Shown: positions 48,182-57,791, numbered from the stretch's first letter. The stretch is DNA of 64,000 nucleotides from an uncultured Candidatus Rokubacteria bacterium (GCA_963754315.1 CAVWFS010000007.1:608001-672000), one strand, 5' to 3'. Notes: generated from the sequence alone by a model not told the origin. Numbers and translations: made by a program.

Positions 48182-49174
48182 GTGCTGCGACCGTTCAGCC
48201 TCCATCAGCCCCTGACCCTCGGCGAGGTCGGTGCTCTCCTGCAGCAGTACCGCGACGACGCCGTGCTCTATGCAGGGGGCACGGAGCTCCTCCTGGTGAT
48301 GAAGGAGGGGCTCCTCCGGCCGCGCCATGTGGTCGATCTCAAACGGATCCCAGATCTCGACGTGATCGCCGACGCGGACGGAACCCTGGACATCGGGGCT
48401 ACGACGCGTCATCGCACCGTCGAAACCTCCCCGCTCGTCCACGCGCGGTGTCCGCTCGTGAGCGAGGTCGCTCGCCATGTCGCCAACGTACGCGTCCGGA
48501 ACATGGGAACGGTCGGTGGCAACCTGGCCTTCGCCGATCCGCACAGCGATCTGGCTACCCTCTTTCTCGCGCTCGATACGAGCCTCCTCCTCTGGTCGTC
48601 ACACGGGATCCGCGAGTTGCCGCTCGGAGAGTTCGTCCGCGAGGCCTACCAGACGGCCCGCGAAGACGATGAGGTGCTGACCACGGTGCGCCTCCGCCCC
48701 TGGCCGCCGGGGACGACGGCGACCTACATCAAGTTCGGCGTCTACGAGCGCCCTACCCTTGGTGTGGCCGTGGCCATGGTGCCCGCTCACGCCAACGCAC
48801 CGGCCGCCCTCCGGATGGCGGTGGGCTGTATTGGCCCGGTCCCGCAGCGCCTGCACACTCTCGAGGCGCAAGCGATGGGCGAATCGCCTTCGCATCTTGC
48901 CGCCCACGCGGCGGAGCTATCGGCGTGGGCCGCCGAGGAGGTCGAGGCGGTCGACGATCGGCACGGCTCGGCGGAGTACAAGCGCGAGCTCACCCGGGTC
49001 TTTGTTCGCCGTGCCCTTCAGGCCACGGCCGCCCGGATCGCGGGAGAGACCGCTCCCCCGCAGTGGGCGCACGCGGTGGTGCTTATTCAGATGGGGGGCG
49101 GATGTTTGATGGGGGGCCTCGAAAGGGCCCCCCAGGCCCCCCAGGGTGGCTCGGAGCGTCCCGGGCACCCGTGA
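48182..49174 (+). CDS. Xanthine dehydrogenase/CoxM-family FAD-binding subunit (C-terminus runs into the repeat array)
   Basis: AGGTELL, VRNMGTVGGNL, ADPHSD, D.HGSAEYKR. Confidence 0.88.
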   Translation: MLRPFSLHQPLTLGEVGALLQQYRDDAVLYAGGTELLLVMKEGLLRPRHVVDLKRIPDLDVIADADGTLDIGATTRHRTVETSPLVHARCPLVSEVARHVANVRVRNMGTVGGNLAFADPHSDLATLFLALDTSLLLWSSHGIRELPLGEFVREAYQTAREDDEVLTTVRLRPWPPGTTATYIKFGVYERPTLGVAVAMVPAHANAPAALRMAVGCIGPVPQRLHTLEAQAMGESPSHLAAHAAELSAWAAEEVEAVDDRHGSAEYKRELTRVFVRRALQATAARIAGETAPPQWAHAVVLIQMGGGCLMGGLERAPQAPQGGSERPGHP

Positions 49175-49337
49175 CGCCCCTCGGCCAACGCCCGATTCCG
49201 CGGGCCTCGAAAGGGCCCCCCAGAGCAGCTCGGAGCGCCCCGGGACACCCGCGCTCCTCGGTCACACGCCCGATTCCGGGGGCCTCGAACGCGCCCCCCA
49301 TGCCCCCAGGGCGCGGGCGGCGGCGGAGCGAGCCTCG
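49111..49337 (+). repeat. Tandem array of about 3 units of the double-hairpin repeat
   Basis: Units start near 49111, 49200 and 49278 with GGGCCTCGAA(A/C)G.GCCCCCCA, followed by GCTCGGAGCG...CCCG...CGC.CCTCG and linker ACGCCCGATTCC. The third unit is degenerate. Confidence 0.85.
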
Positions 49338-49399
49338 GTGGTCTGCACGATTCGGACAGTGCCGCAACTGATCGGGACTCGAACGCCAGGCGTATCGTC

Positions 49400-49858
49400 G
49401 TGATGGTGAACGGCCGCGCCACGCAGGTGGAGGTAGCACCGCATGCGCTGCTGTTGGACGTGCTACGAGACCGCCTGGGGCTCAAGGGGGCCAAGCGTTC
49501 GTGCGACATCCAAGTGTGCGGGGCCTGCACGGTGCTGGTGGACGGCAGGCCGGTGAGCGCCTGTACCTACCTGGCGCGGGAGGTCGACGGGCGCAACGTG
49601 CGCACCGTCGAAGGGCTCACCGACGGCGAATCGCTTCATCCACTGCAGGAGGCCTTCGTCGAGCGCGGCGCCGTACAGTGCGGCTTCTGTACCTCGGGAA
49701 TGCTGCTGAGCGCGGTCGCGCTGCTCGCCGAGCAAGCCGCTCCGTCCAGAGAGGGCATCGTGCACTACCTGCGCGGCAATCTCTGTCGTTGCACGGGCTA
49801 CCGCAAGATCATCGACGCCATCGCGGACTGCGCGGCGAGTGAGGGGCCCCGCAGGTGA
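49400..49858 (+). CDS. (2Fe-2S)-binding subunit (CoxS/XdhC-type)
   Basis: SCDIQVCGACTV, SAC, QCGFCTSG, GNLCRCTGY. Confidence 0.93.
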   Translation: MMVNGRATQVEVAPHALLLDVLRDRLGLKGAKRSCDIQVCGACTVLVDGRPVSACTYLAREVDGRNVRTVEGLTDGESLHPLQEAFVERGAVQCGFCTSGMLLSAVALLAEQAAPSREGIVHYLRGNLCRCTGYRKIIDAIADCAASEGPRR

Positions 49859-52132
49859 GCGACGGAGGATTTCGCGTCGTCGGGCAGTCGGTGCGTCGCC
49901 TCGATGCCCTCGAGAAGGTCACGGGGCGGGTCCGCTACGTGACGGATCTCGTCCTGCCGGGAATGCTTCATGCCAAGCTCCTGCGCTCGCCGTATCCGCA
50001 CGCGCGCCTCGGGCGCGTGGATGTCTCGCGAGCCAAGACCGTCAGCGGCGTGCACGCCGTGGTCACCAGCCAGGACCTCGGCTGGTGTGAGCCCTACTTC
50101 GGTCCTGCGTTCCGTGATCGTCCCATCCTCGCCGTAGAGGTGGCCCGCTACGAGGGAGAGCCGATAGCAGCGGTGGTCGCCGAGGATGACGCCGCGGCCG
50201 CTGAAGCTCTCGACCTGATCGACGTCGACTACGAGCCACTGCCCGCGGTGACCACCATCGAGGAGGCGCTGGCGGCGGGGGCGCCCCTCGTGCATACGTC
50301 CCGGCCCCTCGCGGGGCACTTTGCCGATCTGGCCTCACTCAAACCTGTGGCGGGAACCAACATCTGCCATCAGTTTGATCTGGTGCGGGGGCGCGGTGTC
50401 GACGCCTTTGACGAGGCCCAGCTGATCGTCGAGGACGTCTATCGCTTCCCGCGAGTGCAGCACTACTCCATGGAGCCGCACGCGGCGCTGGCCGAGTGGA
50501 GCGAGGAGAGCGGCCTGACCGTCTGGGCCTCGACCCAGAACCCGTACTCGGTACGCGCCGAGCTGGCCACGATGTTCGCCGTACCCCTCAGCCGGGTTCG
50601 AATCATCGTCCCGCCCCTCGGCGGCGGCTTTGGCGGCAAGACATACGCGAAACTCGAACCGATCGTGGGCGCGCTTGCGCGCATCGTTTCTCGACCGGTA
50701 CGTCTGGCCCTGTCCGTCGAGGAAGCCTTTCGCACCGTCCGTCGCTGCGATGCGCGTGCCCGCGTGCGCGTTGGCTTCAAGGGGGACGGCGCGCTGCTGG
50801 CCGTGCAGTGCCACGCGGACTTCGACGTCGGAGCCTACGCCGACATCGGGCCCCGTATCATTCAGAAGGGCACCTACACGGCGACGGGACCGTACCGAGT
50901 GCCGAACGTCATGCTCCACGCCAACGCCGTCTACACGAATACAACCCCAGGCGGCGCCTTCCGGGGCTTTGGCGTGCCGCAGCTCGCCTGGGCTCTCGAA
51001 TCTCTCATCGACGAGGCCGCTCGCCGCCTCGATCACGACCCGGTCGATCTTCGGCGGCAGAACCTGCTCGGCCACGGCGAAGAGTTCATGCCCGGTGACA
51101 CACCCATCGATGGAAAGTTCGAGGAAAGTCTGAACCGAGCCGCCGAAAGTATTCTCTGGACATCGGCTGACTCCTGCCAATCGTGGCCGTGGCATCGCGA
51201 TGATGATGAAGGCCAGTATCGGTCCCTCCGTCTCCGAGGCGATCGTGCGCCTCCACGCCGACGCGAGCGTGACGGTGCTGGCCAGCACGGTCGAGATGGG
51301 TCAGGGCGCTCGAACCGTCCTGGCCCAGATTGCGGCCGAAGTCCTGACCGTGCCCCTGGAGCGGATCACGGTGGCCATCCCGGACACGGCCGTCACTCCC
51401 TACGACCAGACAACCAGCTCCAGCCGTTCGACCACGATGATGGGGCGCGCCGTTCAAGAGGCTGCCGAGGATGTTCGCGACCAGCTCGTGCGCGTCGCCA
51501 GCCGCCACCTGGGTGTGGCCACCGGCAGCCTCCACGTGGCTGACGGGGCGGTCGTCGGGGAGAGATCTCGCATCCCCTACCCCGAGCTCCTCGTGGAGCG
51601 CTTCGGCATGGGAGGCGGCGAGCTGATCGGCCGAGGCGTGGTGGCTCCCGGGCGCAGCGCGGCCCCGCTCGGCGGGAGCACACCGTTCTGGGAGATGGCT
51701 GTCGGCGCCGCCACCGTGAGCGTCGATGAGGACACGGGGGCCGTCGTGGTGGAGGAGTATGTCTCGGTGGCCGACGTCGGCCGATGCATCAATCCGCAGC
51801 AGTGCGAGGGGCAGGACGAAGGCGCGGTAATGCAGGGAATCGGCCACACGCTGCTCGAGGAGATGGAGTACGACGGAGGGTATCTCCTCAATGCCAATCT
51901 GGTTGGCTATCGCGTGCCGCGCGCGGACGACGTTCCACCTCGTCTGCAGTGCCGGTTCGTCGAGAACGCCGACGGGGCGGGTCCGTTCGGCGCGAAAGGA
52001 GCGGGAGAGGGGAGCCTTATCCCGGTGAGCCCCGCCGTGGGCAACGCGCTCACCCGCCTCACTGGCGTGCGTTTCCGCGAGCTACCCTTGACACCCGAGC
52101 GAGTATGGCGCGCCCTGCGGGCTCGCCGATAG
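49855..52132 (+). CDS. Xanthine-dehydrogenase-family molybdopterin-binding subunit, split by an apparent frameshift near 51163
   Basis: GGGFGGK and GAFRGFG in ORF 49855-51543; RGRGIA, EMGQG and AKGAGE in the frame of ORF 51200-52132. Confidence 0.88.
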
Positions 52133-52142
52133 ACGGCCCGCG

Positions 52143-54407
52143 TCAGCCGCGCGCGCGGCCGAGGGCATCCCAGATGCGCGACGCTGTGGCCGGCAACGAG
52201 CCCAAGCTGACCCGGGTGGTCCCGAACGCGTCGCACACCGCGTTGGCGATGGCGGCGCCAAGACCGGGGTTGCCGCACTCGCCGAGTCCGCGTAGACCGA
52301 GCGGGTTCGTGGTGGCACGGACTTCCTGGAAAAAGCCCTCGATGGGAGGCACGTCGGTCGCATACGGCAACGCATAATCCAGAAACGAGCCCGACAGCAG
52401 CTGCCCATGGCTGTCGTACTGCAGGCTCTCGAGCTGAGCGTTCCCGATTCCGAACACCACCCCGCCCACGAGTTGCCCTTCGATGAGGGCAGGATTCACG
52501 GCACGCCCGACGTCGGCTCCCACCACCACCCGGCGAAGCGTGATGGCACCCGTCTCGGGATCGACGTCAAGGGTTACGGCCACCGCACATCCCGCGTAGG
52601 TGAGCTTGGTGACGTTGAAGGAGGCGCCCGCCGCCAGCGGACGGTTGGCTGCCAGCTCAGCCAAGCTGAGACGCCGCTGCCCTGCGTGCAGCATTCCCCT
52701 GGCGTACGACACGTCGGTTTCCGGTACGCGCCACGCCTCCGCCGCGCGGGTGCGGGCTTCACCGACGAGCTTGGTGGCAGCCATGCTGGCGGCGTTACCC
52801 GCGGTCACGGTGGCTCGAGACCCGTAGGTACCGACCCCACTCTCCACCGCTGAGGTATCAGCGTGCCGCACATCGAAGCGGTCGGCCGGGATCCCGAGCG
52901 CCTCGGCCAAGATCTGAGCCAGGACCGTCTCGAGTCCAGGCCCCATCGAGGAGGCGCCGGTGTCGACCGTGAAGCGTCCGTCGGACCGTGCTTGTACATG
53001 CGTGGTCTCGAAGGGACCGAGTCCGGTCTTCTCCACGTAGACGGCGAGGCCAATCCCCCGCCGAAACCCATTGCCGGTGTTGATCTTCGCCTGCTCGGCC
53101 CGCTCGCGACCGTAGTCGAGCCGGGTGAGCAGCTCGTCAAAGAGTCCCGGGAAATTCCCCGAGTCGTACACTGTGGTCACCCCGAACGACTTGGTGCCGC
53201 AGTCGTAGGGCATCTCCTCGGGGGGGATCAGGTTGCGTCGACGGATTTCGGCGGGATCGAGTCCCAGACGTGACGCCCCCAAATCCATGAGCCGCTCGCG
53301 CGCAAAGTTGCACTCGGGCCGGCCTGGCGAGCGCAGGGTGCCTGCCGGTGTCTTGTTCGTGACCACCGACCAGAGGTCACACGCGTAGTGAGGAACACGG
53401 TACGGCCCGGGGAGCAAGGCAGCCCCGAATTCGGCCGGCACGAGGGCTGCTGTTCGCACGTAGGCGCCGATGTCGGCTCGGATGACCGCCCGCATGGCCA
53501 GGATGCGGCCGTCTCCAGCGAAGGCGATCTCGACCTCGTACTCCGCCTCGCGCGCGTGATTGGTCGACATCAGGCTCTCCCGCCGGCTCTCGATCCATCG
53601 CACCGGGCATCCGAGCTTCATGGCCGCCAGCGGCACGAGGATGTCTTCCGGATAGAGCTCACCGCGCACCCCGAAGCCACCGCCGACGTCGACCTCGGTG
53701 AGCCGGAGCGCGCCCGGCGGAAGGCCGAAGATGGGCGCCAGAATGGTGCGGTTGATATGAATACACTTTGTAGACCCGATGAGGTGCAGCTCACCGCCCC
53801 GTGGGTCGGGGGGCACGGCCAGGAGGCCCCGCGTCTCCAGAGCGGCTCCCGTCTGTCGCGGGTGGCTGAATCGCTCGTGGAGCACAAGGGGCGCCTGGGC
53901 CAGGGCCGTATCGGCGTCGCCCACGCGCATCTGGATCACGGCAACGTTGTTCGACTCCGTGTGGGGAAACAAGCGGGGCGCGCCGGGAGCCAGGGCCTCG
54001 GCCACGAGCGCACACGAGGGCAGGGGCTCGTAGAGCACGTCGATGAGGGCGAGAGCATCCTCGGCCACGTAGCGATCGTCGGCCACCACGAGGGCCATGG
54101 GCTCGCCCACGTAACGGACGATGCCTCGGGCAATGGCTGGCTGCAGGTATCGCTCCGTTCCGGGCGGCGCGCCGACCCGGTTGGGAATGATCGCGGTCTC
54201 AGGCACGTCGACGGCGGTGAGAATGCCGCGCACACCAGGCAGCTCCAGCGCGCGCTTCGTGTCGAGCGACACGATCCGCGCGTGGGCATGTCGAGACCTC
54301 AGCACGGCCGCTTCCAGCATCCCGGGGCGGCGGATGTCGGCGACGAACTGGGCGGTACCCGAGACGAAGCGGTCACCACCGAGGCGTGGATGGGCGATCC
54401 CGATCAT
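52143..54407 (-). CDS. Second xanthine-dehydrogenase-family molybdopterin-binding subunit
   Basis: LRSRHAHA, VRYVGEP, DVGGGFG, IEGQLVGG, GSFLDY, GLRGLGE. Confidence 0.9.
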   Translation of the reverse strand: MIGIAHPRLGGDRFVSGTAQFVADIRRPGMLEAAVLRSRHAHARIVSLDTKRALELPGVRGILTAVDVPETAIIPNRVGAPPGTERYLQPAIARGIVRYVGEPMALVVADDRYVAEDALALIDVLYEPLPSCALVAEALAPGAPRLFPHTESNNVAVIQMRVGDADTALAQAPLVLHERFSHPRQTGAALETRGLLAVPPDPRGGELHLIGSTKCIHINRTILAPIFGLPPGALRLTEVDVGGGFGVRGELYPEDILVPLAAMKLGCPVRWIESRRESLMSTNHAREAEYEVEIAFAGDGRILAMRAVIRADIGAYVRTAALVPAEFGAALLPGPYRVPHYACDLWSVVTNKTPAGTLRSPGRPECNFARERLMDLGASRLGLDPAEIRRRNLIPPEEMPYDCGTKSFGVTTVYDSGNFPGLFDELLTRLDYGRERAEQAKINTGNGFRRGIGLAVYVEKTGLGPFETTHVQARSDGRFTVDTGASSMGPGLETVLAQILAEALGIPADRFDVRHADTSAVESGVGTYGSRATVTAGNAASMAATKLVGEARTRAAEAWRVPETDVSYARGMLHAGQRRLSLAELAANRPLAAGASFNVTKLTYAGCAVAVTLDVDPETGAITLRRVVVGADVGRAVNPALIEGQLVGGVVFGIGNAQLESLQYDSHGQLLSGSFLDYALPYATDVPPIEGFFQEVRATTNPLGLRGLGECGNPGLGAAIANAVCDAFGTTRVSLGSLPATASRIWDALGRARG

Positions 54408-55468
54408 GGGGCATCCACCATCGCGGCGATGGCCTGGCCCACCTCGGCGGTGGTGGACTTGCCGCCGAGATCACGCGTCAGCACCTTCCCTTCGTCCACG
54501 ACGCGTTCGATGGCCTTCACCACCGCCTGGGCAGCCTCGGCGTGACCGAGGTGCTCGAGCATGAGGGCTCCCGTCCAGATCTGGGCGATGGGGTTGGCGA
54601 TGCCCTTGCCGGCGATGTCGGGGGCCGAGCCGTGGACCGGCTCGAACATCGACGGGTACTCCTTCTCGGGGTTGATGTTGGCGCCCGGGGCAAGACCGAT
54701 GGAGCCGGCGATGGCGGGCCCGAGGTCGGAGAGGATGTCGCCGAAGAGATTGGACCCGACGACGACATCGAACCAGTCAGGGTGCTGCACGAAGTGAGCG
54801 GTCAGGATGTCGATATGATACTGGGCGGTCTTGACGTCCGGATACTCGCGGGCCACGGCCGCGAAGCGCTCGTCCCAGTAGGGCATGCTGTGGATGATGC
54901 CGTTGGACTTCGTGGCCGAGGTCACGTGATGGCGTGGGCGGCGCCGGGCGAGCTCGAAGGCATAGCGCATGATGCGATCGCATCCGCGCCGGGTGAAGAC
55001 CGCTTGCTGGACGGCCAGCTCCTCCGGGGTGTCCTTGTAGAGGCGTCCACCAATCTCGGAATATTCACCCTCGTTGTTCTCGCGGACGATGATCATGTCG
55101 ATATCGGCCGGTCCCCGTCCCGCCAGTGGCGAGCGCGCCCCCTTGAGCAATCGAACCGGCCGCAGGTTGACGTATTGGCGGAACCCGCGCCGAATGGGAA
55201 TGAGCAATCCCCAGAGCGAGACGTGATCGGCAACCCCCGGGAATCCGACCGCGCCCAGGAAGATCCCCTCGAACTGGCGCAGCTGCTCGAGGCCGTCCTC
55301 GGGCATCATCCGGCCCGTCTTGAGGTACATCTCGCAGCTCCAGTCGAAGTGCGTCCAGGCGAACTCCACGCCGAAGCGCCGGCCGGCCGCGTCCAGGACG
55401 CGCATACCCTCCGGGAGGACCTCCTTGCCGATCCCGTCGCCCGGGATCACCGCGATACGATGCTTCAT
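54404..55468 (-). CDS. ttuC: Tartrate/D-malate dehydrogenase (decarboxylating)
   Basis: IPGDGIGKEV, DHVSLWGLLIPIRR, RENNEGEYS, TSATKSNGI, MPYWD, NLFGDILSDL, EPVHGSAPDIAG. Confidence 0.92.
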   Translation of the reverse strand: MKHRIAVIPGDGIGKEVLPEGMRVLDAAGRRFGVEFAWTHFDWSCEMYLKTGRMMPEDGLEQLRQFEGIFLGAVGFPGVADHVSLWGLLIPIRRGFRQYVNLRPVRLLKGARSPLAGRGPADIDMIIVRENNEGEYSEIGGRLYKDTPEELAVQQAVFTRRGCDRIMRYAFELARRRPRHHVTSATKSNGIIHSMPYWDERFAAVAREYPDVKTAQYHIDILTAHFVQHPDWFDVVVGSNLFGDILSDLGPAIAGSIGLAPGANINPEKEYPSMFEPVHGSAPDIAGKGIANPIAQIWTGALMLEHLGHAEAAQAVVKAIERVVDEGKVLTRDLGGKSTTAEVGQAIAAMVDAP

Positions 55469-56065
55469 CGGCGCGCCTCCCTCAGAACGAAGTCGAACGT
55501 GAGAACCTGGGCCGATCCGGTACCGTCCGTCCGGACCACCAGGGCAGGATTGAAGATGAAGTCGCGCGCATTATCCTGCTCACCCGGGAAGTAGAGCTGG
55601 GTCGTGAGGATCGGCTGGTGGGGGGCCTGCGCCTTGACGTGAATGTGGCGGGTGCGACCGGGATAGAGTCCAGGCAGGACCGTTTCCAGGCGATACTCTC
55701 CCCCATCGCCGCTGAACTGATGGCCGCGTAACCGATAGCCGGCGTTGTCGTAGCCACCACCGTCGTCAGCCTGCCAGAAATCGAGAAGCGCTCGGGGAAT
55801 CGGTCGGCAGTCCGTGCCAAGGACCGTTCCGCTCACCACGATTTTCGTGCCGGTGACTCCGGGCTCGAGCAACGAGACGCGTAGCGGTGAGCGCGCCTTG
55901 AAGTACGGCCCCTCCGTTTGCGCGACCGTGGGCGGAGCCGGGGCGCCGCAGGCGGGCGTTGGCCGCAGGCCTCGCTCCTGAGCGATAACCGCCGGCGCCG
56001 CCCCGAGCGCAATCGCACCGTGAACGAGCCAGTGAACGCCTCAGAAACTCCCGTCGTGTCGTCAT
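55465..56065 (-). CDS. Tat-exported intradiol ring-cleavage dioxygenase-like protein with an apparent frameshift near 56030
   Basis: MTTRREFL Tat motif; the other frame gives QTEGPYF, DFWQAD..G.YDN, LRG, PGLYPGRTRHIHVK, TTQLYFP. Confidence 0.8.
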
Positions 56066-56092
56066 GCCCCCAGTCTACTCCCACGCGTCCCG

Positions 56093-56345
56093 TCGAGGAG
56101 CGCCACAGGTCCGCCGCGCGATCCGAGCGCCCATTCGGGCAGTGGGGGCGAACTCCGCGCTCAAAAAACCTGGCGTGCTCTCGAGCAGCGCCACGGGTCC
56201 CCCGGGGCGCTGCGAGCCACCATGGGGGGCTTGGGGGCGGACTCCGCGCTCAAAAAACCTGGCGTGCTCTCGAGGAGCGCCACGGGTCCCCCGGGGCGCT
56301 CCGAGCCGCCATGGGGGGCTTGGGGGGCCCTTTCGAGGCCCCCCA
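56093..56345 (-). repeat. Tandem array of 3 units (88-89-bp period) of the double-hairpin repeat
   Basis: TCGAG(G/C)AGCGCCAC starts at 56093, 56181 and 56270; two units are near-identical; terminal hairpin GGGGGGCC-TCGAAAG-GGCCCCCC on the minus strand. Confidence 0.9.
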
Positions 56346-56348
56346 ATA

Positions 56349-57770
56349 TCACAACTGCCCGGAGTCCTCCCAGGAGTCCAGCAGGACTTGATAGGCGGGA
56401 TCAGCGTAGCGATCGAGACGGAAGGCGGGCGCGTACGGCGGCAGAGGTCGCTCGGCGATGTAATCAGCCAGGAGATCGGCGGCGCCGCTGGCGGCCATGA
56501 GACCGTAACCCGACAACGCACCGAGCACGTAGGCACCCTCCACTGGAAGGGGCCCGACGAGGCAACGGTTCTCTCGCGTCTTCGCGTAGTAGCCGCCATC
56601 GACCACGCACCGGGGAAGCCGCGAGAAGTAGGCGGCAAGGCCCGGAATCATCCGTGACATCCCGCGCAGGACGATCTCTGGGTACTCGGGGTCGAACACC
56701 AGAGGCAGCGCCGGCTCCCGTGGTTCGACATGATAGTTCCAGAGCATGAGCACGGCCGTGCTGTCAGCGCCTCCCTCGGGGCGCCCGTGCGCTCCTTCTG
56801 GGAAGCACTCCTCGAGCAGATGCCGGTGAGCCGGCGAGCGAGCCAACTCGGTCCGCTCCTCGTCCGACCACGGCAAGCGCACTGGATCACTCCAAATCAG
56901 CAGCGGAGCGGACCGCGGTATCGCTCCCAAGACGTCGTCGAAGGCGATCTTGGCGTGGCGCTCACAGAAGACCGGGAGCGCCACGCCCAGCAGCTGGCCC
57001 ACCGATACCAGGAACGGCCCCGCCGCGTTCACGAATCGCGGAGTGGCAATCGTCACCGTACCCTGGCGGGCACTCACCGTCACGCCGCGGACGCGGCCAC
57101 CCGTCGTATCCACGCGATCCAATCGTCCCTCGATCAGCTCGACTCCCTTCTCGCGAGCCCGCTCGAGCAAGTACATGCCGAGCTGCTGGCCACTGAACCA
57201 ACCCGCGCGACGCGCGTGCAGCACAGCCACGGTGTTCTCGGCCAGGTACGGGAAGTGGCGGCGAATCGCCGCAGGATCGGTGAAGACGTCGGCACCCCTT
57301 GGTTGGTGCTCGAAGCCATCGGCTGGCGCCGGAACATAGCTGCTGCCGGCATCGGCATGGATACGAGCGGGACCCGCGCCGAGCACCGCCGCCTCCTTCG
57401 CGGCGTCGACGAACTGTGCCCCCCGTTCCGGGTTCGCCGTCGCAAAGAGGTAGCCGCGGCGGTTGAGCCGGATGGCATTGTCGCTCTCGCGAGCCAGTTC
57501 CTCCAGGAGATCGATGCTACGGTTCATCAGGGCTACCATCGCGTCGCCCGGTCCTGGCCACCAGTTCCGATAGCACTCGGTCGATTTATCGCTGGTCAGG
57601 GAGAGCGGCGGGCGCTCGTCGATGAGGACGAGATTGCGCATCCCACGCCGGACCGCCAGATGATAGGCAGCCGCGATGCCGGCGATACCAGCCCCACAGA
57701 TCGCGATGTCCGCGGCTACGCATCTTGCGAGGGACGTTAGCACAGCTGACCCGGCGAGCGCGGCCGACAC
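56349..57770 (-). CDS. FAD-dependent oxidoreductase (glycine/D-amino-acid/sarcosine oxidase family)
   Basis: ICGAGIAG dinucleotide fold, FVNAAGP, GGYY, SGYGLM. Start uncertain. Confidence 0.85.
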   Translation of the reverse strand: MSAALAGSAVLTSLARCVAADIAICGAGIAGIAAAYHLAVRRGMRNLVLIDERPPLSLTSDKSTECYRNWWPGPGDAMVALMNRSIDLLEELARESDNAIRLNRRGYLFATANPERGAQFVDAAKEAAVLGAGPARIHADAGSSYVPAPADGFEHQPRGADVFTDPAAIRRHFPYLAENTVAVLHARRAGWFSGQQLGMYLLERAREKGVELIEGRLDRVDTTGGRVRGVTVSARQGTVTIATPRFVNAAGPFLVSVGQLLGVALPVFCERHAKIAFDDVLGAIPRSAPLLIWSDPVRLPWSDEERTELARSPAHRHLLEECFPEGAHGRPEGGADSTAVLMLWNYHVEPREPALPLVFDPEYPEIVLRGMSRMIPGLAAYFSRLPRCVVDGGYYAKTRENRCLVGPLPVEGAYVLGALSGYGLMAASGAADLLADYIAERPLPPYAPAFRLDRYADPAYQVLLDSWEDSGQL

Positions 57771-57791
57771 CCGATCTCGGCGGGGTCAGGC

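Noticed and set aside
48182..54407. Aerobic CO dehydrogenase (coxMSL)
   Set aside because: Neither large subunit has AYxCSFR or AYxGAGR, and no coxDEFG accessory genes are present.
56093..56345. Tandem repeats as a CRISPR array
   Set aside because: The intervening segments are duplicated (identical in two units) rather than unique spacers, the period is 88-89 bp, and no cas genes are present.
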